This document shows, piece after piece, positions 18,901 through 27,794 of a stretch of 64,000 nt of DNA (positions are counted from its first letter, which is position 1; each line of letters begins with the position of its first letter). Position numbers and translations under genes: made by a program. Origin of the DNA: a candidate division FCPU426 bacterium (GTDB lineage Bacteria > Oederibacteriota > JAAXVQ01 > JAUVAV01). The notes beneath the pieces were generated by a model. The model did no database searches. It saw nothing but the letters and a program-made list of their open reading frames with translations, and was not told the DNA's origin. The stretch is from the NCBI GenBank assembly GCA_040756875.1, contig JBFLYH010000003.1:96001-160000 (forward strand). The letters run 5' to 3'.

Positions 18901-20258
18901 TACGCGACCCCCGCGGGCAGGCGGAAAGACATGCTGTCGAAGCGCGTGTACTGCTGGTTGAAGATCAGCTTGACCGTTCCGGTCGGCCCGTTGCGCTGCT
19001 TGGCTACGATGATTTCGGCAGTCTTGTCCTCGCGCTTGTCCTGGTTGTAGTAGGCTTCGCGGTAAATGAACGCCACCACGTCCGCGTCCTGTTCGATGGC
19101 GCCGGATTCGCGCAGGTCGGACAGCTGCGGCCGCCGGCCCTCGCCGCCGCGCGACTCGGGCGCGCGCGAAAGCTGCGACAGCACCAGCACGGGCACGCGC
19201 AGCTCCTTGGCCAGGCTTTTCAGGCTGCGGGAAATGCCGGCGATTTCCTGCTGGCGGTTGTCCGTTCGCCCCAGGCCGGGCATCATCTGGATGTAGTCGA
19301 TCATGATCAGGCCGACGTGCTGCTCGGCCTTGAGGCGCCGGGCCTTGGAACGGATCTCCAGCACGTTGCAGCTGGGCGAATCGTCGATGAACACGGGCGA
19401 GTCGAACAGGCGGCCGGCGGCCATGGACAAATGCCCCAGGTCGCCCTCGCCCAGCCGTCCGGTGCGCACGTTTTTCAGGTCCACCCGGGCCTCGGCGCAG
19501 AGCATGCGCGTGACCAGCGATTCCGAGCTCATTTCCATGGAAAACACCACCACCGGAATCTTGGCTTCCAGGGCCGCGTGGGCGGCGATGTTGAGCGCCA
19601 GCGCGGTCTTGCCCATGGAGGGGCGCGCGGCGAGGATGACCAGTTCCCCGGGCTGCAGCCCCGCGGTCATCTGGTCGAGTTCCGAAAAACCGGTGGGCAC
19701 GCCGGTAATGTGCGATTCATGTTTGGACAGGTTCTCCACCATCTCCATGGCGTCGTGGATCACGTCGCGGATGGCCAGAACCGAACCCCGCTGGCGGTCC
19801 TGGGAGAGGTCGAAGATCGCCTTCTCAGCTTGGTCCAGCAACTGGTCGGCGTTCTCCTCCTCGCCGTAGCAGCGGCCGACCACCTGCGTGGCCGTGCGGA
19901 TCAGGCTGCGCAGCAGGTACTTCTCCTTGACGATGCGGGCGTAATGCTCCACATGGGCCGTGGTCGGCACCAGGTCGGTCAGGCTGGTCAGGTACGCGGC
20001 GCCGCCGATCCGTTCCAGTTCGCCCCAGCGGGTCAGCAGGTCGGTCAGGGTGATGTAGTCCACGGGCTCGTTGCGGTTGTAAAGGTCGAGGATGGCGCGG
20101 AAGATGGTGCGGTGGGTTTCCTGATAAAAAGCGTCTTCCTTGAGCAGTTCCAGCACGCGGGCGATGGCCTCGGCGTCGAGCAGCATGGCGCCTAGCGTGG
20201 AACGCTCAGCTTCCAGGTTCTGCGGCGGTATTTTATCCGGGGCTGGAACAGACGTCAT
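18900..20258 (-). CDS. dnaB: Replicative DNA helicase
   Basis: PPQNLEAE, AARPSMGKT, IDYIQ, LSQLSR, SDLRESGAIEQDAD and KQRNGPTG motifs; no intein. Confidence 0.98.
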   Translation of the reverse strand: MTSVPAPDKIPPQNLEAERSTLGAMLLDAEAIARVLELLKEDAFYQETHRTIFRAILDLYNRNEPVDYITLTDLLTRWGELERIGGAAYLTSLTDLVPTTAHVEHYARIVKEKYLLRSLIRTATQVVGRCYGEEENADQLLDQAEKAIFDLSQDRQRGSVLAIRDVIHDAMEMVENLSKHESHITGVPTGFSELDQMTAGLQPGELVILAARPSMGKTALALNIAAHAALEAKIPVVVFSMEMSSESLVTRMLCAEARVDLKNVRTGRLGEGDLGHLSMAAGRLFDSPVFIDDSPSCNVLEIRSKARRLKAEQHVGLIMIDYIQMMPGLGRTDNRQQEIAGISRSLKSLAKELRVPVLVLSQLSRAPESRGGEGRRPQLSDLRESGAIEQDADVVAFIYREAYYNQDKREDKTAEIIVAKQRNGPTGTVKLIFNQQYTRFDSMSFRLPAGVA

Positions 20259-20412
20259 GCTGCCGCCTCACACAAGGACATGAAAAACTTTCGCTTCCCA
20301 CAGGACGGTCGCCGCTCCTGTCTGCGGGCGGCCCGAGCAGGGCGAAGACACTCAAATATTAATATATGGTGAAAAGCTTTGGCCACAAAAAAAGCGGATG
20401 TCGATGTCCGTT

Positions 20413-20895
20413 TCAGGCGGTTGCTTCAGGGGCCGGTTCGGCCGCCGGCGGCGTTTCAGATTGCACGACCACCGTCAACTCGGCTGCCACTTCCGGATGC
20501 AGTTTGACCTTTACTTTGAAGGTGCCGAGCGTCTTGATGGGCTCCTCCAGTTCGATTTTGCGTTTGTCCACTTCGAAACCGCGTTGGGCCAGTTTCTGCT
20601 CAATGTCCGAGGCCGTGACCGACCCGAACAATTTCCCGCCTTCGCCCGCGGTGGCGGTGAACACCAGCGGCTGTCCGGCCAGCTCTTCGGCCTGGTACTG
20701 CGCGTCGAGCTGCACCCGGCGTTCGCGGCCCTTTTTGCTGTTCAACTCCTGCTGCAGCCGCTTGAGATTGGAGGGCGTGGCCGCCACGGCCAGCTTTTTA
20801 GGCAGCAGGTAATTCCGGCCGTATCCCTCGGCGACCGTCACCGTGTCGCCGGCCCGGCCCAGGCTTTTTACGTCTTCGCGCAAAATGAGTTTCAT
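20413..20895 (-). CDS. rplI: 50S ribosomal protein L9
   Basis: MKLILREDVKSLGRAGD, GYGRNYLLP, GKLFGSVT and KLHPEV motifs. Confidence 0.97.
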   Translation of the reverse strand: MKLILREDVKSLGRAGDTVTVAEGYGRNYLLPKKLAVAATPSNLKRLQQELNSKKGRERRVQLDAQYQAEELAGQPLVFTATAGEGGKLFGSVTASDIEQKLAQRGFEVDKRKIELEEPIKTLGTFKVKVKLHPEVAAELTVVVQSETPPAAEPAPEATA

Positions 20896-20929
20896 GTGAA
20901 TCGCACTCCTTGGATGTTTCCGACGGCTT

Positions 20930-21694
20930 TCACGCCGTGCGTCCTTCGGCCTTCAGCCGCCGCCAGTCCCACCAGGTGTCCAGCACGCCCACCAGGGAGA
21001 GCAGCAGCCACAACGATGGCATCAGCGCCAGGGCCGCCAGGATCAAGACTTTGACCAGGCGGGGCACCTGTTTCCGCAACAGGTAATAAGCAACCACCGC
21101 CGCTCCGATCGTCAAATACAGGCAGGCCAGCACAATCAGCAGGTTGTATCCCGCCCAGGCGTACAGCGCGGGCAGCCGGCCGCTGAGAAGCTTCAGGACC
21201 AAACCGGCCAGCAACAACCAGACCACGTTGTCCGGCACCACCCATCTGCGGAAGGGCGTCCAGGCCATTTGCGCGCCCGGCAGTTTGGGGGCCGCTGTCC
21301 GGAAAACGCCGTAAACGGCAAGGGAAAAACCCATGGCCGCGGCGATCACCCAGCCCACGGCGCCGTCCCAAAAAACCTTCCTGACCATCCCCAGGGCCCG
21401 CTGCACTTCGGTTTCAGGCCAGCCCCATTGGCGGTAGAATTCCGCGGTCAGGTGAAGGCTGGTTTCAAACTCCTGGCGCCACCGGGCCAGCAGGCTCGCC
21501 GGATTCCATCCGCTGGCCAGCAGGCAGGCCGCAGCCAGCATGGCCAGCAACGCCAGCGTGCCCATGGCCACGCACTGTCCGGGCCGCTTCCCCATCTTCA
21601 ACCCCAGCCAGACGGCGCCGACCGCGCTTCCCGGAATTAGCCATCCGAACCAAAACCATAACGCCGGCGTCCATCCGAAATTCATACTCATCAA
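20930..21694 (-). CDS. YybS/DUF2232-family membrane protein
   Basis: Multi-TM protein ending LVGVLDTWWDWRR (G-x-x-D-x-x-x-D-x-R C-terminal pattern), located between rpsR and rplI. Start uncertain. Confidence 0.75.
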   Translation of the reverse strand: MMSMNFGWTPALWFWFGWLIPGSAVGAVWLGLKMGKRPGQCVAMGTLALLAMLAAACLLASGWNPASLLARWRQEFETSLHLTAEFYRQWGWPETEVQRALGMVRKVFWDGAVGWVIAAAMGFSLAVYGVFRTAAPKLPGAQMAWTPFRRWVVPDNVVWLLLAGLVLKLLSGRLPALYAWAGYNLLIVLACLYLTIGAAVVAYYLLRKQVPRLVKVLILAALALMPSLWLLLSLVGVLDTWWDWRRLKAEGRTA

Positions 21695-21769
21695 TCCTCG
21701 AGGGCCAACCGTGCAGCGGATGAAGAATCAAAAGGGGAGGCGGTCATGCAGAACGGCGGCAGCCGTCTG

Positions 21770-22060
21770 TTATCCGGCGGTGTACGGAAGCAGTGCCAGG
21801 ACACGGGCGCGTTTCAAGGCCACAGTCAGCGCGCGCTGATGTTTGGCGCAGTTGCCGGTAATCCGCCGGGGCATGATCTTTCCCCGTTCGCTGATGTAGG
21901 CCCTGAGCAAGTCCGCTTGTTTATAATCGATATGGCGCACCTTATCCGCGCAGAAACGGCAACTCTTGCGGTGCGGCCGCCGCTTGCGCGTCGGGTCCTT
22001 CGGTCTGCCGCCCTTGAAGGGTCCTGGTTTGGATGGTCTGCTTGCTCCGGTGTCATTCAT
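21770..22060 (-). CDS. rpsR: 30S ribosomal protein S18 (Zn-binding type)
   Basis: [28 protein letters not shown] and KRAR motifs. Confidence 0.97.
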   Translation of the reverse strand: MNDTGASRPSKPGPFKGGRPKDPTRKRRPHRKSCRFCADKVRHIDYKQADLLRAYISERGKIMPRRITGNCAKHQRALTVALKRARVLALLPYTAG

Positions 22061-22075
22061 GCTTTGCTGCCTCGC

Positions 22076-22510
22076 TTAAAAAGGAATGTCGTCTTCCGGC
22101 GCGGCCTCGCCGCCGCCGGCAACTGGTTCGTGTTCCGCGCCGCCCGGGCGTTCGCTGCGGCTTTCGCCGCCGGCCGAACGCTTTCGTTCCAGGAACTGGA
22201 CCCGGTCGGCCACGACTTCAATCGTGGAGCGTTTCTGGCCGTCGTCGGTTTCCCATTGGCGGCTTTGCAGCCGGCCTTCGACGAAGATCGAGCTGCCCTT
22301 GGCCAGGTACTCGGCGCAATTCTCCGCCTGTTTGCCCCACACCACCACGTTGACGTACGTCACTTCTTCCTTCAACTCCCCGGCCTGGTTCTTGTAGGAC
22401 CGGTTAACCGCCAGGCGCAAGTTGGTCACCGCTGATCCGTTGGGAATGTACCGCAGTTCAGGATCGCGCGTCAAATTGCCCATGAGCAGGACGCGATTGT
22501 AATTGGCCAC
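22076..22510 (-). CDS. ssb: Single-stranded DNA-binding protein
   Basis: NRVLLMGNLTRDPELRY, VEGRLQSRQW and C-terminal DDIPF. Confidence 0.97.
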   Translation of the reverse strand: MANYNRVLLMGNLTRDPELRYIPNGSAVTNLRLAVNRSYKNQAGELKEEVTYVNVVVWGKQAENCAEYLAKGSSIFVEGRLQSRQWETDDGQKRSTIEVVADRVQFLERKRSAGGESRSERPGGAEHEPVAGGGEAAPEDDIPF

Positions 22511-22514
22511 GGTT

Positions 22515-22934
22515 CTACTCCTGCGAAGCGCTCGTTGCGCCGCTCTCGGTCGGGTTCACGTCAACCACGGCGGCCGGTTCGCTGGCCACCGCCGGCGCGG
22601 CGGCCGGTTCGGGCCGCGGCCGGCGTTCCACGACCGGGGCCGGCTTGGTGGTGATTTTGGTGGAAAGATATTTCAGGACTTCGTCGCTGTTGCGGAGCAT
22701 GCGTTCCACTTCCTGGATCGTCTCCCCGCGCCCGCGGTACTGCAGCAGCACATAGTAGGCTGCGTTGAGTTTGTTCACTACGTAAGCGGTCTTGCGCACG
22801 CCCATCTTCTCGGCGGCCGTGACTTCTCCGTGCTTCTTCTCGATGCTCTCGCGCAGCCGTCCGAGAAATTCGTCGATCTTGTCCTCGGCCATGGTGGGCG
22901 GCAGCAAGAACATCGTTTCGTACGGGGTCTTCAT
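22515..22934 (-). CDS. rpsF: 30S ribosomal protein S6
   Basis: YETMFLL, GVRKTAY and EVLKYL motifs; GGAGG RBS before ATG 22934; heads the rpsF-ssb-rpsR operon. Confidence 0.93.
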   Translation of the reverse strand: MKTPYETMFLLPPTMAEDKIDEFLGRLRESIEKKHGEVTAAEKMGVRKTAYVVNKLNAAYYVLLQYRGRGETIQEVERMLRNSDEVLKYLSTKITTKPAPVVERRPRPEPAAAPAVASEPAAVVDVNPTESGATSASQE

Positions 22935-23025
22935 GCAACACCTCCGACTGTGGGCAACAGTCTCCAACCTGCTTTCCGGCTTGGAAAGCAAGCTATTTAA
23001 TTATTTTAATTATGGTAAAGCGGGA

Positions 23026-23054
23026 ATGATAGCATACTCGGTTTTCCGACGCAA
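23026..23054 (-). promoter_or_regulatory. sigma70 promoter of the rpsF operon
   Basis: TTGCGT (23054-23049) - 17 nt - TATCAT (23031-23026), with extended TG. Confidence 0.65.
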
Positions 23055-23148
23055 TCATTTTATTCACAGAAATCATGCAGCCTTCGGCTTGACGCAGCCG
23101 CATCCGTGCGGCCGGTCCCCTTTGTATTTTCCTTATATTTCAAGCCTT

Positions 23149-23802
23149 TTAACCGGCCGCGTCCCAAATGACCCGGCGCAGTTCCCGCACCCTGGCCGCC
23201 ACGTCGGGCGCCTGCGTGATTTCCGTGACCATGGCCACGCGGCGGCAGCCCAGGCGCACTACTGCTTCGAGATTGTCCGCATGAATGCCGCCCATGACCG
23301 TAAAGGGGATTTTCACCAGCGGCAGCAAGGCTTCCAGGCCCGCGAGGCCGAGCGCGGACATTCCCGGACCCTTGGTGGCGGTCGCAAACACCGGGCCCAG
23401 GTTGAGGTAGTCGGCGTCCTGCGTCTGGGCGCGCAGCACTTCCTCGCGGTTGTGCGTGGATTGCCCCAGGATCAGTTCGGGCGCCTGGCGCCGCGCTTCG
23501 GAAAGCGGCGTGTCCTCCTGGCCCAGGTGCACGCCGTCCGCGGCGCTGGCCAGGGCCAGGTCCACGTCGTCGTTCACGATGAACAGCGCCTGGTGCCGGT
23601 CGCACAAGCGCCGGAATTCCCGCGCCAAGGCCAGCAGCTCCTCCCTGCCCTTTCCCTTCTCGCGCAGCTGCACGATCCGCGCGCCGCCGGCCAGCGCCTG
23701 TTCCAGCACGTCCAAACTGGCGCGCCCGGCGCAGAAAGCCCCGGTGATCACCGGATAGACGTCCGCCGCTTCGAACCGCCGCTTCCGCTCCCCGCGGGTC
23801 AT
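23149..23802 (-). CDS. thiE: Thiamine-phosphate synthase
   Basis: VQLREK, FIVNDD, GVHLGQED, GQSTH and GPVFATATK motifs; ATG 23802 overlaps the thiH stop. Confidence 0.93.
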   Translation of the reverse strand: MTRGERKRRFEAADVYPVITGAFCAGRASLDVLEQALAGGARIVQLREKGKGREELLALAREFRRLCDRHQALFIVNDDVDLALASAADGVHLGQEDTPLSEARRQAPELILGQSTHNREEVLRAQTQDADYLNLGPVFATATKGPGMSALGLAGLEALLPLVKIPFTVMGGIHADNLEAVVRLGCRRVAMVTEITQAPDVAARVRELRRVIWDAAG

Positions 23803-24953
23803 GCTTCTGCTCCCGTCGCGGCGGCCGCGAATCCGGCGTCCCAATCCTTCCACACGGGCTCGAAACCCAGGCGCTCGAGGCCGGCCGCGATGTCCGCCGC
23901 GCTGCGCCGGTCCTCCACCGTAAACTGCGCGGCAGCCGGCCGTTCGCCCACTCCGGCGCTGATGGCCGGATACCCGCCGGGTTCGGTGCAGCTGCCCGCG
24001 CTCATCTGGGTGAACCCCAGGCCCAGCAGATGGTCGCGCAGGGACTCAGGCTCCCGGGTCGAGAGCGAGAACGGCGCGTCCGGCAGAAACAGCCGCAACG
24101 CCGCGACCAGTTGCACGAACTGGCGGTCGCTCACCGGCTGCGGCGGCGCATAACCGCCGGTCGCTGGCCGCAGGCGGGGAAACGAAAGGGCCACGTTTGT
24201 GCGCCAGTACTGTTTTTGCAGGCTGCGGGCGTGCAGCCCCAGGTAATAAGCGTCCAGACGGAAATCCGCGAGCCCGAGCAGCGCGCCCAGGGACACCTGC
24301 CTGAGGCCGGCCGCAGCCGCCAGTTGGGGCGCCAGCAGCCGCTTCCTGAAGTCCCGTTTTTCGCCGCTGGGATGCACGGCCGCGTAGACTTCGGGCTGGT
24401 ACGTCTCCTGGTACAAGGCCAGGCCGTAGAGCCCGGCCTCAGCCAGGCTGCGGTACTCTTCGGCTTCCAGTGGATAGACTTCGAGGCTCAGTTCCGGAAA
24501 GCGCGGCCCGAGCCGCAGCAGGCACTGGCGCAGATACTCCACGGGCACGGATTTCCGCGACTCGCCTGACACCAGCAGCAGGTTTTGAAAACCCTGGTCA
24601 GCCAGGAATCCGGCCTGGGCTTCCACTTCGCCGAGCGACAGGGTGCGGCGACGGATGTCATGGCTGCGGTTGAAGCCGCAATACACGCAGGCATTGGTGC
24701 ACTCGTTGGAAACATACAAGGGCGCGTACAGCTTCATGACCCGGCCGAAGCGCCGGCGCGTGAGCGCCTGGGCCTGGCGGGCCATGGTTTCCAAGAACGG
24801 CTCGGCTGCCGAAGAAAGCAGGGCCAGCAGGTCCTCCGCCTCGAGGCGCGGCTTGGACAGGCTGCGTTCCACCTCCGCAGCGGTCAGGCCCGCCAATTGG
24901 CCGGCCAGGGTCTGCGGTGAAGGCTGTTGCTCAGGGGAAAAGCAGGGGTGCAT
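23799..24953 (-). CDS. thiH: 2-iminoacetate synthase (radical SAM tyrosine lyase)
   Basis: YAPLYVSNECTNACVYCGF, YQETY, SFPRLRP and LSTRE motifs; next to thiG. Start 24953 or 24986. Confidence 0.92.
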   Translation of the reverse strand: MHPCFSPEQQPSPQTLAGQLAGLTAAEVERSLSKPRLEAEDLLALLSSAAEPFLETMARQAQALTRRRFGRVMKLYAPLYVSNECTNACVYCGFNRSHDIRRRTLSLGEVEAQAGFLADQGFQNLLLVSGESRKSVPVEYLRQCLLRLGPRFPELSLEVYPLEAEEYRSLAEAGLYGLALYQETYQPEVYAAVHPSGEKRDFRKRLLAPQLAAAAGLRQVSLGALLGLADFRLDAYYLGLHARSLQKQYWRTNVALSFPRLRPATGGYAPPQPVSDRQFVQLVAALRLFLPDAPFSLSTREPESLRDHLLGLGFTQMSAGSCTEPGGYPAISAGVGERPAAAQFTVEDRRSAADIAAGLERLGFEPVWKDWDAGFAAAATGAEA

Positions 24954-24971
24954 GGGATCAGCTTCCTTAAC

Positions 24972-24999
24972 GTAGGGAGCGGGCAAACCCGCTCCCTAC
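24972..24999. repeat. GTAG-type REP-like palindrome
   Basis: GTAGGGAGCGGG-CAAA-CCCGCTCCCTAC, a perfect 12-bp stem between thiG and thiH. Confidence 0.7.
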
Positions 25000-25011
25000 A
25001 TCATATATATA

Positions 25012-25812
25012 TCATTTCTTAGATTGATCTAAAAAACCGGTGAGGGGGCTGGAGGCTTCGGCCTGTCCCTGGACCGCGCCCAGTCCGGACAGGAATCCCT
25101 GCCGCCCCGCGGCCACGGCCCAGCCGAAGGCCTCGGCCATGCGGACCGGGTCCTGCGCCACGGCCAGGGCCGTGTTGACCAGCACCGCGTCCGCGCCCAT
25201 TTCCATGGCTTCAGCCGCGTGCGAGGGCGCGCCCAAGCCCGCGTCCACCACCACCGGCACCCGGGCGTCCGCGATGATGAGCCCCAGGCTGTCTTTGGTG
25301 CGCAGGCCCTGGTTCGTGCCGATGGGCGAACCCAGGGGCATGACCGTGGCGGTCCCGGCCTCTTCCAGGCGCTTGGCCAGCACCGGGTCCGCATTAATAT
25401 ACGGCAGCACCACAAAACCCTCGGCCACCAGGATCTCGGCGGCCTTGAGGGTCTCCACCGGGTCAGGCAGGAGGTTGCGCGGATCAGGCGTGACCTCGAG
25501 CTTGACCCAGGCGTTGCCCGAGAGCGCGCGGGCCAGCCGCGCGATGCGGACCGCTTCCTCGGCCGTGCGCGCGCCCGAGGTGTTGGGCAGGATCAGATAG
25601 CGCTGCGGATCCAGTGCCGCCAGGGTCGGGTCAGCCGGCTGCTTGAGGTCCACCCGCCGCAGGGCCACGGTCACCACTTCCGCGCCCGAAGCCTCCACGG
25701 CCGCAGCCATGACCGCGGGCGAGGAAAACTTTCCCGTGCCCACGAACAGCCGCGATTTGACCGCCCGGCCGGCGATGATCAGTTCATCCATGTGTTCCGT
25801 ATTTCCTTTCAT
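25012..25812 (-). CDS. thiG: Thiazole synthase
   Basis: [43 protein letters not shown] and VDAGLG motifs. Start 25812 or 25791. Confidence 0.96.
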   Translation of the reverse strand: MKGNTEHMDELIIAGRAVKSRLFVGTGKFSSPAVMAAAVEASGAEVVTVALRRVDLKQPADPTLAALDPQRYLILPNTSGARTAEEAVRIARLARALSGNAWVKLEVTPDPRNLLPDPVETLKAAEILVAEGFVVLPYINADPVLAKRLEEAGTATVMPLGSPIGTNQGLRTKDSLGLIIADARVPVVVDAGLGAPSHAAEAMEMGADAVLVNTALAVAQDPVRMAEAFGWAVAAGRQGFLSGLGAVQGQAEASSPLTGFLDQSKK

Positions 25813-25817
25813 GTCAT

Positions 25818-25845
25818 GTAGGGGCGTTCAAGCGAACGCCCCTAC
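25818..25845. repeat. GTAG-type REP-like palindrome
   Basis: GTAGGGGCGTTC-AAGC-GAACGCCCCTAC between thiS and thiG. Confidence 0.7.
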
Positions 25846-25880
25846 GCGATCTTGGGGCCTTGATTCGCTTCCGGAATGAT

Positions 25881-26081
25881 TTATCCGCCGCCCAAAAATT
25901 TCACGATCTCGACCACGTCGCCGGCCGACAAAACCGTGCCCGCAAAATCCGGCTGGCGCAAAATGGCGCCGTTGCGCTCCACGACCACCTGCTGCGGATC
26001 CACCCCGAGCCGGGCGAGCAGGTCCGAAAGCTTCAGTTGGTCGCCGACTTCACGCGGCTCTCCATTGACCGTCAGGCGCAT
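25881..26081 (-). CDS. thiS: Sulfur carrier protein ThiS
   Basis: 66 aa; VNGE...VVVERNG...VEIVKFLGGG with C-terminal Gly-Gly. Confidence 0.95.
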   Translation of the reverse strand: MRLTVNGEPREVGDQLKLSDLLARLGVDPQQVVVERNGAILRQPDFAGTVLSAGDVVEIVKFLGGG

Positions 26082-26117
26082 TCCTGGTTCCTTGTGAACG
26101 GAATTTCCGGCGAGCGG

Positions 26118-27614
26118 CTATTCCATCTCCAGCCGGGGCGGCGTGAACGAAAGCGTCGTTTGGGGCCGGAACGGCTCCACAGCCGGCAGATGCACGATGC
26201 CGACCGTGCGGCAGAGGCGTTCTTCCAGTTCCTCGCGCAACACCGAACCCCGCGACACCTGGCAGAACGAAGCGTACAACCCTTCGGAGGTGAGCAGGCC
26301 CAGGCGCATTTCCCTGGCCCGGGCCACGACTTCTGCCGGGAAAGCCGCGGGCCGCTCGCTGCTGGGGTCGTCCAGCCGGTAGTGGTTGAAAACCAGGACG
26401 CCTTTCCAAATGCGGCCGTCCTCCTCCTGGGCGAAAACCGCGTAGCGCAGCAGGAGCTGCAGGTCTTCCATTTCCGCGGGCCCGGACCGGCCGCTGGCGT
26501 CCATCAGCAGGTTGCCCAGGCGGGTTTCGACCACCAGCAGCGAGTGGTCCTGGGGGTAAGGCCGGACCGTGAATTGCATCCGCCCCAGCACGTCGGCCAC
26601 TTCGCGCCGGAGGTTGTCGCCGTGTTCGTACAGCAGGGACTTGGTCCGCTGCAGTTCGCGGTAGGTCTGGAAATATTTCCGCTGTTCGCGCTCCGCGGCC
26701 CGGATCCGGCGGTTGGCGTCCTCGATCCTCGCCTCCAGCTGCTCCTCGCCCGGCACGTGATAGAGCTCGGCCCAGTCCGGGGTCAGGGTCCGGGCCGGCA
26801 GGCCCTTGGCCTCCTCCACCAGGAGGTCAATGCCCTCCTCCAGGGTGCGTTTGGTGGGCGGCGGCAGCAGGTGCAGGAAATCGGAGATGAAGCGGATCTT
26901 GCCTTCCCCGCCCTGCGGGGCGGGCGCGTCGGCCTGGCGCACGCCGAAGCAGAGCGAGGCAGCCAGGGGTTTGCCGTACCGGTTCAGCGCCAGCGGGATG
27001 CTCTGCCAGAAGAGCTCGTCGCCGCCTTTGAGTTTGCCGTCCCGCCGCAGCCGCTCCTCCAGGTAGCCGAGCCCGGCCGTGGCGTTCAGGTAGCAGTCCC
27101 AACCCGCCACCTGGCGAAGGTATTCCTCGAACTTGACGTCGCTTTCGATCTGGACCGTCTCGCCGCGGATTTCGGTGAGGGAAAAAGCGATGGGCGACCA
27201 GTTGAGGTTGGACCACTCGGGCTCCATGGTGCCGTCCGCGAAATCCACGTAGGAGCCGAACGCCAGGAACGGCGCGAGGATGCAGTACACCTCGCCCCGC
27301 GACATCATCAGGTCGAACAGCTGCGCGCGCATGCGCCCCAGCCGTTCCTTGTCCACGCGCGACATTTTCACGAGGGTGACGCGGTCCAGGGCCGGCAGGT
27401 TGATGATGACCACGTCGAAATCGGCCAGGTCTGGCCAGGGGTCGAGCCAGCCCACGGTGGGCACGGTGCGGGACTGCTGGGAGCCGATGACCAGCACGCG
27501 GCGCTCGCGCGAATCGAGGCGGTAAAACTCGCGCACCATCTCCTCGGCGCGCGGTTCGGCTATCCGCTCGCCGCTCAGGTGAAACAGGTTTTGGTGCCGA
27601 ACGCGTCCGCGCAT
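26118..27614 (-). CDS. Hypothetical protein with coiled coil and C-terminal restriction-endonuclease-like (PD-(D/E)xK) domain, apparently degenerate
   Basis: ~498-aa ORF with coding-like composition. Coiled coil EEQLEARIEDANRRIRAAEREQ; C-terminus ...LLMDASG...DLQLL...WKGVLVFNHYRL...F. Start uncertain. Confidence 0.6.
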   Translation of the reverse strand: MRGRVRHQNLFHLSGERIAEPRAEEMVREFYRLDSRERRVLVIGSQQSRTVPTVGWLDPWPDLADFDVVIINLPALDRVTLVKMSRVDKERLGRMRAQLFDLMMSRGEVYCILAPFLAFGSYVDFADGTMEPEWSNLNWSPIAFSLTEIRGETVQIESDVKFEEYLRQVAGWDCYLNATAGLGYLEERLRRDGKLKGGDELFWQSIPLALNRYGKPLAASLCFGVRQADAPAPQGGEGKIRFISDFLHLLPPPTKRTLEEGIDLLVEEAKGLPARTLTPDWAELYHVPGEEQLEARIEDANRRIRAAEREQRKYFQTYRELQRTKSLLYEHGDNLRREVADVLGRMQFTVRPYPQDHSLLVVETRLGNLLMDASGRSGPAEMEDLQLLLRYAVFAQEEDGRIWKGVLVFNHYRLDDPSSERPAAFPAEVVARAREMRLGLLTSEGLYASFCQVSRGSVLREELEERLCRTVGIVHLPAVEPFRPQTTLSFTPPRLEME

Positions 27615-27642
27615 GCCTGCCTTGTTTTGATGACTTTTTCTC

Positions 27643-27794
27643 CACACGAGGGCGGTGGGGTGTGCCCGGAACCGGCCTCGCCAGCCTAAACAATAAAAAA
27701 TCTCGGTTTGGATTCGGGTTTGCTTTCCCGAATCCAAACTTAAAATGTCGAAGGCCTTGAGACGGCGAAGGGCGCGCCCCACCGCCCGACATGT
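27643..27794. ncRNA. Candidate structured RNA, 6S RNA-like rod with central bubble
   Basis: 18-bp closing inverted repeat (27650-27667 with 27770-27787), inner imperfect stem, AT-rich unpaired centre and a perfect 13-bp apical stem GTTTGGATTCGGG/CCCGAATCCAAAC. Fills the intergenic space downstream of argS. Confidence 0.4.

Noticed and set aside
20385-20415. Terminator after rplI
   Set aside because: A T7 tract is present on the minus strand but the stem is only ~4-5 bp with mismatches; too weak to call.
26082-27794. TPP riboswitch upstream of the thi genes
   Set aside because: No CUGAGA / ACCUGA core found by eye on the minus strand in the intergenic spaces; needs cmscan to exclude formally.
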